64,000 nt of DNA. It comes from Octopus vulgaris. Lineage: Eukaryota. The notes beneath the pieces are model-generated. The model did no database searches and had not been told where the DNA came from. It saw only the letters and a program-made list of their open reading frames with translations. Where the stretch lies: positions 62,062,001-62,126,000 of the forward strand of contig OX597825.1 in assembly GCA_951406725.2 (NCBI GenBank), written 5' to 3'. Shown piece by piece: positions 62,901 to 64,000 of this stretch (position 1 is the first letter of the stretch; each line of letters opens with the position of its first letter). The translations under genes and the position numbers were made by a program.

Positions 62901-63245
62901 CATACATATATGTATGTGCAGGCAGAACTATGTAATTAAGAACTTAAGAAATTCCTTTTGCAGCCAATAAATTTGGGTTTAGTCTCACTATGTGGTACCT
63001 TGAGCAACCACCTTCTTTAGCAATGATCTGACCAAAGAGTTCGGAGTAGATTGGTTGAGAGAAAAGGAAAGAGGCCAGTTAAATGTTATTGTGTGTATGT
63101 GTGTGTGTGTGTGTCTCCATGTGTGTGTATGCATGTAAGTGTATTTTCTTAATATCGCTTTTTGTTATCATACTATCTCCTTGTATTGTAAGAAATATCC
63201 ATGTAATCTCGAAATATTTAAGCAGAGTGAGTAAGAAACACTTAA

Positions 63246-63470
63246 CCCTTTCGTTACTAACCTGGCTGAAACTGGCTCTGGCTCTGGCTCTGAGTACAAT
63301 GTCTTTTTTACATAAGTTTTGAATTAAAATCTTCCACCAAACCTTAGCCACAATTTATGTTCGTAACACTAGCTTAATGATAACTAAGTTATTTTACTAA
63401 ATTCGTTTTTATAGTTAAAGTAATTGAAAGAAACCCAGAGCATCTCAAAATAAATACAGTAGCGAAAGGG
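63246..63470. mobile_element. piggyBac-type MITE with TTAA TSD (opposite orientation)
   Basis: TTAA|CCCTTTCGTTACT...AGTAGCGAAAGGG|TTAA. Confidence 0.93.
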
Positions 63471-64000
63471 TTAAAGATATATTTCAAATTAAATTAAAAT
63501 CAAGAGCCACAGACTGTGATATGGTATTCTTACAGCCAACATTAGCAATCTCACATTGAAACTATCACATTTGTTCTTGTATTCAATTAGAACACTATTT
63601 ACAGGTAAACTGCCTTCAGAATATTCTTTAACTTTTGCATAAAGGGGCTTATCATTTCATAATCAAAATGTAAATATTTCTATAAAAATGATAACAATGC
63701 ACCAAAATGAGTCAATACTCCAAAATTCTAGATTTCTTAGAAGTTTGATTCTGTTCTAGAATGCACTTTATAAGTTCAATACAAATGCATGTTAAAACAA
63801 ACGATTAATCAAATGTTTTTATTTCTTTATTGTTAATTTATTGTTAATTTTCATTCTTACAGAGGTTTTTAACTTATTTTCATTAATTGAAAAATTAATT
63901 AAAATCACTTAAAAGTTTTCCTATTTAAAAGAATTAACTTTAATAACAACAAAAAATAAAAAATAAAAAAATATATCAATCAATAAAAACAAAAGTATCT

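Overview
AT-rich, microsatellite-dense eukaryotic DNA with no recognisable intact host gene. It is probably intronic or intergenic. The SINE, RTE-tail and microsatellite content resembles octopus (coleoid cephalopod) genomes; this is an inference from repeat style, not a database match. Nearly all listed ORFs are microsatellite or SINE translations or decayed transposon fragments. Supported elements are: (1) several abundant tRNA-derived SINE families; (2) RTE and CR1/L2-like LINE 3' ends; (3) degenerate R4-clade RLE-type non-LTR elements whose 3' ends sit in (CATA)n; (4) mariner, Tc1/maT, hAT and piggyBac-type DNA elements and MITEs; (5) Helitron-like elements; (6) Penelope-like (PLE) fragments; (7) an interstitial (TTAGGG)n tract. 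The most notable observation is about 15 minimal type-I hammerhead-ribozyme (HHR) motifs with palindromic stem III, from several unrelated sequence families. At three loci (22.3, 40.0 and 54.2 kb) two such motifs sit back-to-back on opposite strands inside 270-330 bp foldback elements. One family carries the compensatory U3-A8 core variant on both arms. All motifs and alignments were read by eye, and coordinates of degenerate elements are approximate.
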